DNA of 64,000 nucleotides from Longimicrobiales bacterium (lineage in GTDB: Bacteria; Gemmatimonadota; Gemmatimonadetes; Longimicrobiales; Gaopeijiaceae), in assembly GCA_965204735.1 (NCBI GenBank), contig OZ242008.1:2560001-2624000 (forward strand), read 5' to 3'. Made by a program: the position numbers and the translations under genes. The notes under the pieces were generated by a model that was not told the DNA's origin, searched no databases, and was given only the letters and a program-made list of their open reading frames with translations. How positions within the stretch are numbered: the stretch's first letter is position 1; every line of letters starts with the position of its first letter. This document shows, piece by piece, positions 29,140 to 42,000 of this stretch.

Positions 29140-30477
29140 TCACTCCTGGCAGGACGTGGGTGTTGGTTGTTCGGGAGCCGGGCGCGGCGCCGCGGCAAGG
29201 GAGCCCGCCGTCGCGGCCGAAGGCGCCGGACCCAGGCAGAGGACGTACTGGCGGGCCGGATGGAGCACGGCCTCGGCTTCTTGGGCCACTTCTTCCGCCG
29301 ACACCTGGTCGACCCGCGTCGCCAGCTCCTCCAAGGAGACGATGGGCTCGTCGGCAAGAGCAAGGCCGGCAAGCCGTTGGACTCGGGCGCTCGGCCCTTC
29401 GAAGGAAAGAAGCACGCGTCCCTTGACCTGTTCCTTGATCTCCGCCAGCTCGGCGCCGGCGAGCCCGTTCGAGAGAAAGCGGCCGTACTCCTCCGCCACC
29501 GCCGCGAGCACGGCCTCTTCGGCCCCGGGACGGGTCCCGGCGTACACGCCGAACACGCCGCCGCGGGAGTAGAGAGAGTGGAACGAGTAGACCGAGTAGG
29601 CCAGCGCCAGCTCCTCGCGCACCCGCTGGAAGAGCCGAGAGCTCATCCCGCCGCCAAGGGCCTCCGACAGCAGGGTTCTCGCGTAGCGACCAGGGTGGGC
29701 GCGGCCCGGCGTCGTCCACCCCGTCACCAAGTGCATCTGAGACGAGTCGCGCTCCAGTCGGTCCGAGCCGGCCTCGGCCCCCGCCGGCGCCGGCGGGTCG
29801 GGCAGCCGGCGGCCGGGCTCGATCTCGCCGAACCACTTCTCCGCCAGGTCGACGAAGCGCCGCCACTCCAAGTCGCCTGCGGCGGCCACGACGATGTTCG
29901 CGCCGGTGTACGCGGTGGCGCGGAGGTTCGCCAAGTCCTTCCGGGCGAGCGCCGCAACCGACGCGCGGGTTCCAAGGATGGGGGCTCCGTAGGGATGTCC
30001 CCGCCAGAGCCGCTCGCCGTGCAGGTCGAACACCACGTCGTCGGGCGTGTCCTCCGCGGCGGCGATCTCCTCCGCGACGACGGCCTTCTCCTTCTCCAGG
30101 TCTTCCTGCCGCAGGGCCGGGTTGCGGATCAGGTCCGAGAGAACCTCAATCGCCAGGGGAAGGTGGGCGCTCAGCGACCGGGCTTGGTAGCTGGTGTGCT
30201 CCCGCGACGTGTAGGCGTCCAGGGCGCCGCCGACGCGCTCCAGGGAGAGGGCGATCGTCCGGGCCGAGCGGGTCTTGGTCCCCTTGAAGACCATGTGCTC
30301 CAGCAGGTGGCTCGACCCCGCGAGCTCCGGGGGCTCCAAGGCGGCGCCCTGCCGCACCCAGACCCCAACGGCCACCGACGACGCGCCGGCCATCTCCTCG
30401 GCAAGGACCTGCACGCCGTTGCCGAGGCGCACCGCCGGGCGAGGAACGCGGCGCCTACCTTCCGCCGCCCGCCCCAC
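29140..30477 (-). CDS. M16 (pitrilysin) family zinc peptidase
   Basis: HLLEHMVFKGT (HxxEH), AYTSREHTSY, LGGGMSSRLFQRVRE; usual position downstream of pnp. Start approximate. Confidence 0.92.
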   Translation of the reverse strand: MGRAAEGRRRVPRPAVRLGNGVQVLAEEMAGASSVAVGVWVRQGAALEPPELAGSSHLLEHMVFKGTKTRSARTIALSLERVGGALDAYTSREHTSYQARSLSAHLPLAIEVLSDLIRNPALRQEDLEKEKAVVAEEIAAAEDTPDDVVFDLHGERLWRGHPYGAPILGTRASVAALARKDLANLRATAYTGANIVVAAAGDLEWRRFVDLAEKWFGEIEPGRRLPDPPAPAGAEAGSDRLERDSSQMHLVTGWTTPGRAHPGRYARTLLSEALGGGMSSRLFQRVREELALAYSVYSFHSLYSRGGVFGVYAGTRPGAEEAVLAAVAEEYGRFLSNGLAGAELAEIKEQVKGRVLLSFEGPSARVQRLAGLALADEPIVSLEELATRVDQVSAEEVAQEAEAVLHPARQYVLCLGPAPSAATAGSLAAAPRPAPEQPTPTSCQE

Positions 30478-32584
30478 CGGCGCCCGGCTCGCCCTCTTCC
30501 GCCGCGGCGGCCCTGCGGGAGAGGCGCAGACGGCCCTTCCCGTCGATCGACAGGAGCTTGACCCGAACGGTGTCCCCCCGGTTCACCACGTCTTCGGTCC
30601 GGGCGACGCGATGGGAAGCCAGCTCGGAGATGTGGCAGAGCCCTTCCACGCCGGGCATGATCTCCACGAAGGCGCCGAAGGTGGTCGTGTTCTTCACCGG
30701 ACCCTCGTAGATGCGGCCCACCTCCGGGTCCTGGACGATCGCCTCGATCATCTCCTTGGCCCGGGCGCCCGCCTCGGCCGAGACGGCCGCGACCTTGACC
30801 ACGCCGTCGTCGTCCACCTCGATCGTGGCGCCCGACTCTTCCTGGATGGAGCGGATCGTCTTCCCCTTCGGCCCGATGATCTCTCCGATCTTCTCCGGGT
30901 TGATCCGAATCGACACGATCCGGGGGGCGTGGGGCGAGAGGTCCTGGCGAGGCGCGGCCAGCGCCGCGTCCATCCGGTCGAGGATGTGCAGCCGACCCTT
31001 CCGTGCCCGCTCCAGCGCCTCCTTGAGGATCTCCGTGGTGAGGCCTTCGATCTTGATGTCCATCTGGATCGAGGTCACGCCGGCGCGAGTGCCCGCCACC
31101 TTGAAGTCCATGTCCCCCAGGGCGTCCTCCAGTCCCAGGATGTCGGTGAGAACGGCCACCCGGCCCTCGTCGGCCACCAGTCCCATGGCGACGCCCGCGC
31201 ACGCCGCCTTGATCGGGACGCCGGCGTCCATGAGGGAGAGCGACGCCGAGCACACCGACGCCATCGACGAGGAGCCGTTGGACTCCAGGATCTCGGAGAC
31301 GATCCGGATCGTGTAGGGGAAGTCGTCCAAGCTGGGCAGGAGCGGCTGGATCGCCCGCTCCGCCAAGGCCCCGTGGCCCTTCTCGCGACGGGAGGTCGAG
31401 CGGATGGGCCGGGCCTCGCCCACCGAGAACGGCGGGAAGTTGTAGTGGAGCATGAAGGACTTGGTGACCTGCTCCGGCGAGTCGATGGAGTCGATCCGCT
31501 GCTCGTCCCTCGAGGTGCCCAGGGTCACGGCGCCGAGCGACTGGGTCTGGCCTCGGGTGAAGAGGGCCGATCCATGGGTCCGGGGGAGGACGCCGGTCTC
31601 GCACTCGACTTGGCGGACGTCGTCGAGCCCCCGTCCGTCCGCGCGCACGCCTTCGGCGACGATGCGGGCGCGGACGCTCCTCTTCTCGAGGGAGCGCACC
31701 ACGTCGCGCACGTCGCTCTCGACCTCGGAGGCGTCGGCGCCGTCTTCGACCATGCGTTCCAGGACGTCGTCCACGACGGCGGAGAGGGCCCGGGAGCGCT
31801 CCTGCTTGTCGGCGGTCGCAACCGCCCGCTCCACTCGGTCCGCCGCCAACTCTTCCACCCGCTGCTGGACTTCGGCGTCGGGAGCCTTGGGCGTCCACTC
31901 CATCTCGGGCTTCCGGTGGACCGCAACGACCTCTTCCTGGATCTCCACCAGCTCCCGTATTGCCTCGTGGGCGACTTGGAGTCCTTCGAGGATCTCGCTC
32001 TCCGGCACTTCCAGGGCCCCGCCCTCCACCATGACGATCGCCTGGGCGGAACCAGCCACCACGATGTCCACGTCGGCGTACTCGAGCTGCTTGAAGGTGG
32101 GGTTGACCACCCAGTTGCCCTGGATGCGGCCGATCCTGACCGACGCCACGAGCGTGCGGAAGGGAATCGCCGAGCTGTTGAGCGCCACCGAGGCTCCAAC
32201 CAGCGCCAGGACGTCGGCGTCGTTCTCCTGATCGGCGCTCATGACGGTGGCGTGGACCTGGGTCTCGTGGAAGAAGCCCTTCGGGAAGAGCGGGCGCAGC
32301 GTGCGGTCGGTGAGGCGGGCCGAGAGGACTTCCTTCTCTTGGGGCGCGCCTTCCCGCTTGAAGAAGCCGCCCGGGATCTTGCCCGCGGCGTAGGTCTTCT
32401 CCCGGTATTCGACCGTCAGGGGGAAGAAGGGAAGATGGGTGGGCCGGTCCTGCACCGTGGCGGTGACGAGGACGACAGTCTCGCCGAACTGAACCAGACA
32501 GGCGCCGTGCGCAAGGCGTGCCATTCGGCCGGTCTCCAGCACGAGCCGCCTTCCGGCGAACTGGCGTTCGATTCTGGTGATCAT
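30455..32584 (-). CDS. pnp: Polyribonucleotide nucleotidyltransferase
   Basis: FFPLTVEYRE, GKIPGGFFKREG, HGSALFTRGQTQ, ESNGSSSMASVC, GDMDFKVAG, KH and S1 domains. Confidence 0.98.
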   Translation of the reverse strand: MITRIERQFAGRRLVLETGRMARLAHGACLVQFGETVVLVTATVQDRPTHLPFFPLTVEYREKTYAAGKIPGGFFKREGAPQEKEVLSARLTDRTLRPLFPKGFFHETQVHATVMSADQENDADVLALVGASVALNSSAIPFRTLVASVRIGRIQGNWVVNPTFKQLEYADVDIVVAGSAQAIVMVEGGALEVPESEILEGLQVAHEAIRELVEIQEEVVAVHRKPEMEWTPKAPDAEVQQRVEELAADRVERAVATADKQERSRALSAVVDDVLERMVEDGADASEVESDVRDVVRSLEKRSVRARIVAEGVRADGRGLDDVRQVECETGVLPRTHGSALFTRGQTQSLGAVTLGTSRDEQRIDSIDSPEQVTKSFMLHYNFPPFSVGEARPIRSTSRREKGHGALAERAIQPLLPSLDDFPYTIRIVSEILESNGSSSMASVCSASLSLMDAGVPIKAACAGVAMGLVADEGRVAVLTDILGLEDALGDMDFKVAGTRAGVTSIQMDIKIEGLTTEILKEALERARKGRLHILDRMDAALAAPRQDLSPHAPRIVSIRINPEKIGEIIGPKGKTIRSIQEESGATIEVDDDGVVKVAAVSAEAGARAKEMIEAIVQDPEVGRIYEGPVKNTTTFGAFVEIMPGVEGLCHISELASHRVARTEDVVNRGDTVRVKLLSIDGKGRLRLSRRAAAAEEGEPGAGGAGGGR

Positions 32585-32681
32585 CTTGTCTTTCCGGGGA
32601 TGCCGCCCGAGTGGACGGCCGTGAGAGGCTGCTGCCGGCGCGGAAGGTTGGCGATGGACCGCCCGCCCGCCGTTGCTCGGA

Positions 32682-32942
32682 TCAATGGCGCAGCCCGAGG
32701 TCCTTGATCAGCTCCCGGTACCCTTCCAGGTCGGTGCGCTTCAGGTACTCCAGCAGGCGGCGTCTGCGGCCGACCATCTTGAGGAGACCGCGACGGCTGT
32801 GGTGGTCGTGCTTGTGGAGTGCGAAGTGATCGCGGAGGTGGTCGATCCGCGCAGTGAGCAGGGCAACCTGAACCGGGACGGCCCCGCAGCCCCGGTCGTG
32901 GGGCTGGTATTTCTTGACGATCTCTTCTTTTTCGATTCCCAT
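32682..32942 (-). CDS. rpsO: 30S ribosomal protein S15
   Basis: [35 protein letters not shown]; directly upstream of pnp. Confidence 0.97.
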   Translation of the reverse strand: MGIEKEEIVKKYQPHDRGCGAVPVQVALLTARIDHLRDHFALHKHDHHSRRGLLKMVGRRRRLLEYLKRTDLEGYRELIKDLGLRH

Positions 32943-32993
32943 CGACTTCCGCTTTGGAGTCTTCTTCCGCTTGGACTCTTCCCTTGCATTGTA
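32943..32993 (-). promoter_or_regulatory. rpsO -10 box (TACAAT) and short leader
   Basis: attgta at 32988-32993 reads TACAAT on -. The leader has a GAGTC/GACTC stem and a repeated CCAA(A)GCGGAAG. Confidence 0.45.
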
Positions 32994-33032
32994 ACCTGAC
33001 TTGACCGTCTTGGGTCAGCCAGCCCGGGACCT

Positions 33033-36000
33033 TTACTTGAAGGTAATCGTGCCGGCAAGTCCGACGCGGCGTTCCGGGGGCTGGAAGCCGTCGGTCGCCT
33101 GCTCGCCGAAGAAGTCCATCACCAGGCGGAGGCCGGAGGCCTGCTGCTCGGCGGTCTCGCCGCCCAGCGTCGCCCACTGCGTCCCCACGTTCAGGCGGTA
33201 GCCGGCCGCGCCTTCGCGGCTCCAGCGGCCGAACGGCTTGAGCTGGCCGCCGCCGGGCAGCGCCAACCCGTAGCCGACCTCCATCGCCAAGCCGTCCGGC
33301 GCCCAGCCTCGTGCGTTCTGGGGCGCTCCGAAGCCGTGGGCGGACGGGAAGCCGTGGGTCGGGCCGGCGCCGGGACTCGCGGGACCACCTGGACCGGTGG
33401 TGCCGCCGTGGCCGGCTTGGTCGCCGCCGGCGGGCACGGCGCCGGGCTGCGCCGCCGGAGCCGGCGCGCCCAGGCCCGGCACGCCCGCGGTCCGCCACAC
33501 GTCGGCGCCGCCTTGCCACAGCGTCTGCGCTCCGCCCGAGGCATTGCCCCACGACGGCTCCAGCGAGAACGACAGCCCGCCGTCTTCGCGGCGGGGCTGG
33601 ATCCGCAGCGCCACGGCCGCGCCCCAATCCTTGAAGTTCCGGTCCTGGTGGATCAGCAGCATCCGGCCACGGGCGTCGAGGCTCAACCCGCTGCCTTCGT
33701 GGGTGAACCCCAGGTCGGCGCCCGCTTCGGCGCCCATCCCCGTCTCGGCGTCGCCCCGGTCGTAGCGACCGCCCACCTCGATGCGCGTCCGCATCGCGAT
33801 GCTGCCGCTCGTCCACTGCCCGCCCAGCTCGGGCGCCAGCCGCACACGCTGCGCGTCGGCCGTCACGGCAGCCACATGTCCGTTCGACGCGTCCGTCATC
33901 ATGCGCACGGCGAAGGCGTCGGCCTTCAGCGCCAAGCCGCCGACCAGCTTCTGGCGCACGCCCAGCGCGCCCATCCGCATCCGCAGGTCGGCGTCGTAGG
34001 TCGGAGGACCCACCTCGCCCACGTTGGCGGCGCCCATTCCCGCGCCCGCCAAGCCCCATATCCCGAAGCCGCCCTGGGACGACCAGCTCAGGTAGGGGTA
34101 GAGGCTGGTCAGGTGGGCCTTCGTCTTGCCCACGCCGTTGATCCCGCTCTCGTAGTTCGCCGCCACGTCGCTGCGCGAGCCGGCCAGGCCCATCAGGAAG
34201 CCCGAGCCGAAGCGGTAGTCCAGACCCACGTACGCCGAGCGGGTGCGGCCGTCCATGGCAAAGTCGTCTTCGGGGCGGCCCTCGAACTGGCCCACGTTGG
34301 CCTGGCCCCACAGCGTCCAGCCGGCCTGGGATGCCGTCTGCGAAGGGGCGGCGTCGGCGCCATCGGCGTCGGCGTTGCCCTGCTCGCCGCCCGAGCCGCC
34401 GAAGGAGAGCTGGAACGAGCTCCGGGAGCGGAGGTCGCGGCCCGTCAGCGGGCTGAACGCGATGCCGCCGCGCTCACGCTCGGCAGGCAACGCGCCCTCT
34501 TCCCGCTGACCCTGGTACGAGCCGCCTTGTCCGAGCGAGCCGCTCCCGGCGACGCCCATGCCGGTCGCGCCGTCGCCGAAGAAGATCGCCGCCAAGTCCA
34601 GCGTCCCGCCGGCGCTGCCGCCGGCCACGCCCGGATGCGTGATCTGGAACCCGAGCAGGCCCGTTGCGTCCCGCACCAGCGACTCGAGCCCGCAACGGCC
34701 CGAACCGGCGTGGGCCGCGGCCGTGCTGGCCTCGGCCGACTCGCCCGGGCCTTGGTCCGCGTCCGCGTCGCCAGCCGCGCCGCCGTCACCGAACGTGCGG
34801 GACGAGGCCGTGCCGCTGGACACGCCGCCCGAGCCACGGCCGCCGCCGAACGCGAGGCAGCTCAGCGAGCGCCCGCCCAGCTGCACGTGCGAACCGCCCG
34901 GCGAACCCGACGGCTCCAGACCCAACCGACCGCCGATCGTCTCGACCGTCTCCGTCCCCAGCGACCGTCCGAACGCCGCCAGCGTCAGCTTCAGCGCACG
35001 AGCCCGATCCGCACGCGACGCCGACACCGTCACGCTCGCCTGCTGCGTCGCCGTCAAGCCGCCCGCGTCCGTCGCCGTCACCGTCACCACCGTCGCGCCG
35101 ATCTCCCGCGGCGCCACCGACAGCCGCCCCGCGCCCGACACCGACGCCGCCGCCACGTCCGGCGACGACGACGCCACCACGTAGCTCAGCGCGTCGCCGT
35201 CCGGGTCACGGAAGTACTCGCCCAGACCCACCTCCCACGGCGCGCCGCTCACCTCGAGCACCGGCGGCGACAGCGATCCCACCGCCTCCGGCCCCTCGTT
35301 CACGTCCAGCAGCGTCACCACGACCCGCGCCTCGGCCGTCAGACCGCCGCCGTCCGTCACCCGCACCGTCAGCGCGAACTCCGGCGGACCGTCCTCGTAG
35401 TCCTCGCCGGCGCCCACGTAGCGCACCCGCCCGCTCGCCCCGTCCACATCGAAGCGGCCACGATCGCCCTGCGCCAAGCTGTACGTCAGCGCGTCGTCGC
35501 GGTCCGGGTCCGTCGCCTCGACCCGTCCCAGCTCCCGAGGCCCGCGCACGTTCTCCGCCAGATCGAACGCATATGCGGAGTCCACGAACGCCGGCGCCTC
35601 GTTCACGTCCAGCAGCAGCACCCTCACCTTCGCCACCGCCGCCAACCCAGCACGGTCCGTCGCCACCACCTCGAACTCCCAGCCATCAGGACCCGTCTCC
35701 GCGTCCTCGCCAGCGCCCACGTACCGCACCACGCCGCTCGACTCGCCCACGTCGAACAGCGCCGCGCCCGCGCCGCTCAAGCTGTAGCGCAGCGTGTCGC
35801 CAGCGTCCACGTCCGTCGCCTGCACTGCGCCGAGCTCCACCGGGCCCGCCACGTGCTCCGCCAACTCCCACTCCCAGATCGGCTCGACGAACACCGGGCC
35901 CTCGTTCTGGTCCTCGAGCGTCACCACCACTCGGGTCCGCGCTGTGAGGCCGCCTCGGTCCGTCGCCGTCACCTCCAGCTCCCAGCTGCCCGGACCCGTC

Positions 36001-39000
36001 TCCGCATCCTCGCCGGAGCCCACGTACCGCACCGCACCGCTCGTCGCGTTCACCTTGAACCGCTCGGCGTCGCCCGCCGTCAGCGCGTACGACAGCCAGT
36101 CGCCGCCGTCCGGGTCCGTCGCCCGCACCTCGCCCAGCAGCAGCGGACCACGCTCGTTCTCCGCCAGATCGAAGGCGTATGCAGAGTCGGCGAACGCTGG
36201 TCCCTCGTTCACGTTCGTCAGCGCCACCGCCACCAACGCCCGCGCGCTCGAACCCGCCAGGTCCGTCGCCGTGACTTCCAGCTCCCACGACTTCGGTCCC
36301 GCGCCCTCGTAGTCCTCCCCGCCGCCCACGTACCGCACCGCGCCCGTCACACTGTCCACGGCGAAGCGATCGGCGTCGCCCGCCGCCAGCCGGTACGTCA
36401 GCGTGTCGCCCTCGTCCAGGTCCACCGCCTCCACCACGCCCAGCGCCAGCGGCCCGGCAGCGTTCTCCGCCATCGCGAAGGCGTAGCGCTCGGCCGTGAA
36501 CACCGGCGCGTCGTTCACGTTCACCAGCCGCACCGTCACCGTCGCGTCGCCCGTCCGCTCCCCGTCGTCGGCCGTCGCGCGCACGATCATCACGAACTCC
36601 GAACGCGACTCCGCGTCCTCGCCCGTCCCCACGTACCGCACCTCGCCGGTGCGAGCGTCCACCTCGAAGAGACCCTCGTCGCCCGCCGCCAGCGAGTACG
36701 CCACCTCGCCGCCGAAGGGGTCGGTCGCGCTCACCGTCCCCACCACCACCGGCCCCGCCACGTCCTCCGTCAGCTCGAACTCGTACTCCGCGCGACCGAA
36801 CACCGGGTCCGTGCCCCCAGCCCCGTTCACCTGGTGCTCCTCCAGGTTCTCCACCTCGTGGCCGCTCAAGTCCAGCGTAGCCGCCATCGTGCCGCCCGCG
36901 ATCCGCAGCGCAGCGCCGCCCGTCGCAGTCAGCGCGTCGGCCGGGATGCTGATCCCGTCCTCGTCCCGGTCCGCAGGCTGCACCACGTACTCGAACACCA
37001 CCATCGGCGTGCCCGAACCCGACACGTAGCTCGCCTGGCGCACGGCCGTCCCGATCTCGATCGACAGCTGCGGCGCGCCCACCACCTCCACCGGCCTGCT
37101 GAACGTCACCGTCACGCGGATCACGCTGCTCGGACCGTACAGCCCGCTCGCCCCCGGCGTGCTCGTCACCGCCATCGCCATCACCGCCGGCACCGCCTCG
37201 ACCGTGCCGTCCACCTTGTCGTTCGCGGCAGCCGCGATCGCGTGGCTGCCCAACGCCAGCACCGCCGGACGTACCCCGTCCGCCGTGTTCACGATTGTCG
37301 CGCCGTTCAGCGTCAGCGCCGCAGCAGCCACGCCCACGCCGTCGGCATCGGCGTCCACACCGCCCGTCCCGCTGCCACCCGAGCCCGCGCCCTGCACGCG
37401 GTACGCGAACGACAGCGTCGCCGTGCCGCTGCCGCCGACGTAGCTCGCCTGCCGCGTCGCCGTGCCCACCGTCAGCGCCAGCTGCGGCGCGCCCGTCACC
37501 GTCACCGCACGGTCGAACGTCACCTGCACCTCGATCCGCTCGCCCAGGCCGTACGTGTCGCCGCTCTCCGGCGTGCTCGACACCGCGACGCCCGTCACCG
37601 ACGCGCCCGCCAGCGTGCCGTCCACCTTGTGGCCCGCAGCAGCGCTCAACGCATGGCTGCCCAGTCCCAACGCCGCCGCCGTCGAGCCGTCCCGAGCGTC
37701 GTTGATCGTCCCGCTGTTCAGCGCCAGCGCGCTCGCGCCCACCTCGATCCCGTCGGTGTCCGCGTCCGCAGCCACCACCGTGTAGCGGAACGTCAGCGTG
37801 TGCGTGCCCGTCCCGCTCGCGTAGTCCGCCTGCCGCGTCGCAGCGCCCACCGTCAGCGCCACCTGCGGCGTGTCCGTCACCGCCACGCGACGGTTGAACG
37901 TCACCTGAACCTCGATCTGCTCGCCCCGCGCGTACGTCGTCCCCACCGCAGGCGAACTTGTCAGCGACACGCCCGACACCGACGCCGCCGTGAACGTCCC
38001 GCCCGCAACCTTGTGCCCCGCGCTGTTCGTCACCGCGTGGCTGCCCAGCCCCAGAACGGCGTCCACCGTGCCGTTCGCCACGTCGATCGTCCCGCCGTTC
38101 AGCGCCAACGCGCTCGCGCCGATGCTCAGCCCGTCGGCGTCCACGTCCGCCGTCACCACGACGTACCGGAACACCAAAGACGCCGTGCCCGTCCCGCTCG
38201 CGTAGCTCGCCTGCTTCGTCGCAGCGCCGATCGTCAGCGCCAGCTGCGGCGTCCCCGTCACGTCCACCGCCTTGTTGAACGTCACCGTCGCGATGATCGT
38301 GTCGCCACGCTCGAACGTCGTGCCGACCGGCGGCGACGCAATCGACACGCCGCTCACGCCCGGCGGGCCCTGGCTCCCGTCCACGGCCTGGCCCGAAGCG
38401 TTCGTGATCGCGTGACTGCCCAGCCCCAGGCCCGCCGCCGTCGAACCGTCGCGAGCGTCCGAGATCGTACCGCCGTTCAGCGCCAACGCGCTCGCGCCGA
38501 TGCTCAACCCGTTCGCGTCCGAGTCGCTCGACTGCACCGTGTACTGGAACGTCAGCACTCGACCGCCCGCCCCCACGCTCGTCGCCGAATCGTACGCCGC
38601 CTGCCGCGTCTGGCTCCCGATCGTCAGCGCCAGCTGCGGCGCGCCCGTCACGCTCACGTGGCGGTTGAACGTCACCTCGACCTCGATCTCCTCGCTCAAC
38701 CCGTACGTGCTCCCGTCCGCCGGGCTGCTCGCGATCGACACGCCGCTCACCGACGCCGCCGTGAACGTCCCGCCCGCAACTCGCAACGCGCCGTGGTTGC
38801 TGATCGCATGATGCGCCAAGCTCAGCAACGCGTCCGTCGTCCCGCCCGCAACGTCGATCGTCCCGCTGTTCAGCGCCAACGCGCTCGCGCCCACGCTCAA
38901 CCCGTCCGTGTCCACGTCCGCCTGCACCACTACGTACCGGAACACCAGCGCCGCCGTACCCGTCCCCGATGCGTAGCCCGCCTGCCGCGTCTGCGTCCCA

Positions 39001-42000
39001 ATCGACAACGCCAGCTGCGGCGTGCCCGTCACGTCCACCTGCTTGTTGAACGTCACCGTCGCAACCACCGTGTCGCCGCGCTCGAACGTCCCGCCCACCA
39101 GCGGCGCAGCCACCGACAACCCCGCCACCCCCGGCGGTCCCTGGCTGCCGTCCACCTTGTGCGCCGCAGCGTTCGTCACCGCGTGCGACCCCAAGCTCAA
39201 CGCCGCAGCAGCAGAACCCGGACGCACGTCCGCAATCGTCCCGCCGTTCAGCGTCAACGCGCTCGCGCCGATGCTCAACCCGACCGTGTCTGTGTCCGCC
39301 GGTCGGACCGCGTACTCGAACACCAGCGTGTCCGCCTTGCTCGTCGCCGAATCGTAGGCCGCCTGCCGCGTCTGCGTCCCGATCGTCAGCGCCAGACGCG
39401 GCACGCCCGTCACCGCCACCGGTCGCCCGAACGCCACCTTCACCTCGATCGACTCGCCCAGCTTGTACGTGCTGTCCGCAGCCGGCGCGCTCGATATCGT
39501 CACCGCGCTCACCGCCGGCGTCGTGAACGTCCCGCCCGCAACCTTGTGTCCAGCGCTGTTCGTCACGGCGTTCGACCCCAACGCCAGCAGCGCGTCCAGC
39601 GTACCGCCCGCAACCTTGATCGTCCCGCCGTTCAACGCCAACGCGCTCGCGCCGATGCTCAACCCGTCGGAGTCCGCGTCGCCCGACGCCACAACGTACT
39701 GGAACGCCAGCGTGTCCGTGCCCGTCCCGCTCGCGTACTCCGCCTGCCTGGTCGCGCTCCCGATCGTCAACGCCAGCTGCGGCGTGCCCGTCACGTCCAC
39801 CGCCCGCGTGAACGCCAACGCCACCTCGATCGTCTCGCCGCGCTCGAACGTGTCGCCCACCGTCGGAGAACTGATCGACAGCGCCGTCACCCCCGGCGGA
39901 CCAACGCTCCCGTTCACCTTGTGCGCCCTCGCGTTCGATATCGCGCTCGAACCCAGTCCCAGGCTCGCCGCCGTCGATCCGTCCCGCGCATCGGCGATCG
40001 TACCGCCGTTCAGCGTCAGCGCGCTCGCGCCGATGCTGATCCCCGTCGAGTCCTCGTCCGTCGCCACCACCGTGTAGCCGAACGCCAGCGTGTTCGTCCC
40101 GCTCCCGCTCGCGTACGACGCCTGCCGCGTCTGACTCCCGATCCCCAAAGCCAGCTGCGGCCCGCCCGTCACCGTCACCGGGCGCGTGAACCCAACCTCG
40201 ACCTCGATCACCTCCGTCCGTCCGTAGATGCTGTCGCTCGACGGAGCGCTCGCAATCGTCACGCCGCTCACCGCCGCAGCCGTGAACGTCCCGCCCGCAA
40301 CCTTGTAGTTCCCGTTGTCGGTGACGTAGTGATCGCGCAGGCTCACCACCGCGTCCGTCGTACCGCCCGACACGCGGATCGTCCCGCCGTTCAGCGCCAG
40401 CGCGCTCGTGCCGATGCTGATCCCCGTCGAGTCCTCGTCCGCCGTCACCACCACGTACCGGAACACCAGCGTGTCCGTCCCCGTGCCCGCAGCGTAGCTC
40501 GCCTGCTTCGTCGCGCTCCCGACCCCCAGCGCCAGCTGCGGCGTACCCGTCACCGCCACCGACTTGTTGAACGCGACCTTCACCTCGATCGTCTCGCCAC
40601 GCTCGAACGTGTCGCCCACATGAGGCGAGCCGATCGCCAACCCCGTCACACCCGGCGGTCCGAGCGCGCCGTCCACCTTGTGCGACGCCGCGTTCGTGAT
40701 CGCGCTCGATCCCAGTCCCAAGCTCGCCGCCGTCGAACCGTCCCGAGCGTCGTTGATCGTGCCGCTGTTCAGAGCCAACGCGCTCGCGCCAACGCCGATC
40801 CCGTCCGCGTCCGCGTCCGCCGCCACCACCTCGTAGCCGAACGTCAGCGTCGCCGTCCCGCTCCCGCTCGCGTACTCCGCCTGCCGCGCCGCAGCCCCCA
40901 CCGTCAATGCCAGCTGCGGCGTGCCCGTCACGTTCACCGACCGCACGAACGTCACCTCGACCTCGATCTCCTCGCCCAGACCGTACGTGTCACCGCTCGA
41001 CGGAGCACTCGAGATCGTCACGCCGCTCACCGACGACGCCGTGAACGTCCCGCCCGCTACCTTGTGCCCCGTGCTGTTCGTCACCGAGTGCGTGCCCAAC
41101 CCCAAAGTCGCGTCCAGCGTGCCGCCCGACAGCCGGATCGTCCCGCTGTTGAGCGCCAATGCGGTCGTCCCGATGCTCAACCCGTCCGCATCCACGTCTG
41201 CAGTCACCACCGTGTACTGAAACACCAGTGCCGTCGTGCCCGTGCCGCTCGCGTACGACGCCTGCCGCGTCTGCGAACCGATCCCCAGCGCCAGCTGCGG
41301 CGTACCCGTCACGTCCACCGCACGGTTGAACGTCACCGTTGCCGCAATCACGTCGCCACGCTCGAACGTGTCGCCCACGGGCGGGGACGCGACGGCCAAG
41401 CCCGTCACGCCCGGCGGCCCCTGCGCGCCGTCCACCTTGTGCGCCGCAGCGTTCGCGATCGCGTAGCTCCCCAGGCCCAGGCCCGCAGCCGTCGAACCGT
41501 CGCGAGCGTCCGAGATCGTACCGCCGTTCAGCGCCAACGCGCTCGCCCCGATGCTGATCCCGTTCGCGTCCGCGTCCGCCGCCACCACCGCGTAGCCGAA
41601 CGTCAGCGTCTTCGTCCCCGTCCCGCTCGTGTACTCCGCCTGCCGCGTCTGCGAACCGATCGTCAGCGCGACCTGCGGCGTGTCCGTCACCACCACGCGA
41701 CGGTTGAACGTCACCTCGACCTCGATCCGCTCCGTCCGGCCGTACGTGCTGTCGCTCGCCGGAGCGCTCGATATCGACACGCCCGCTACCGTCGCCGCCG
41801 TCAACGTACCCCCAGCCACCTTCCGGCCCGAATGGTTCGCTATCGTCCGCCCCGTCAAGTCCAGCAATGCGTTCACCGTCGTCTGCTGACGCCTGACCGT
41901 GCCACCGTTCAGCGTCAACGCGCCCGCGTCCACGCTCAACCCGTCGGCGTCCACGTCCGCCTGCACCACCGTGTACTGGAACACCAGCGACGGCGTGCCC

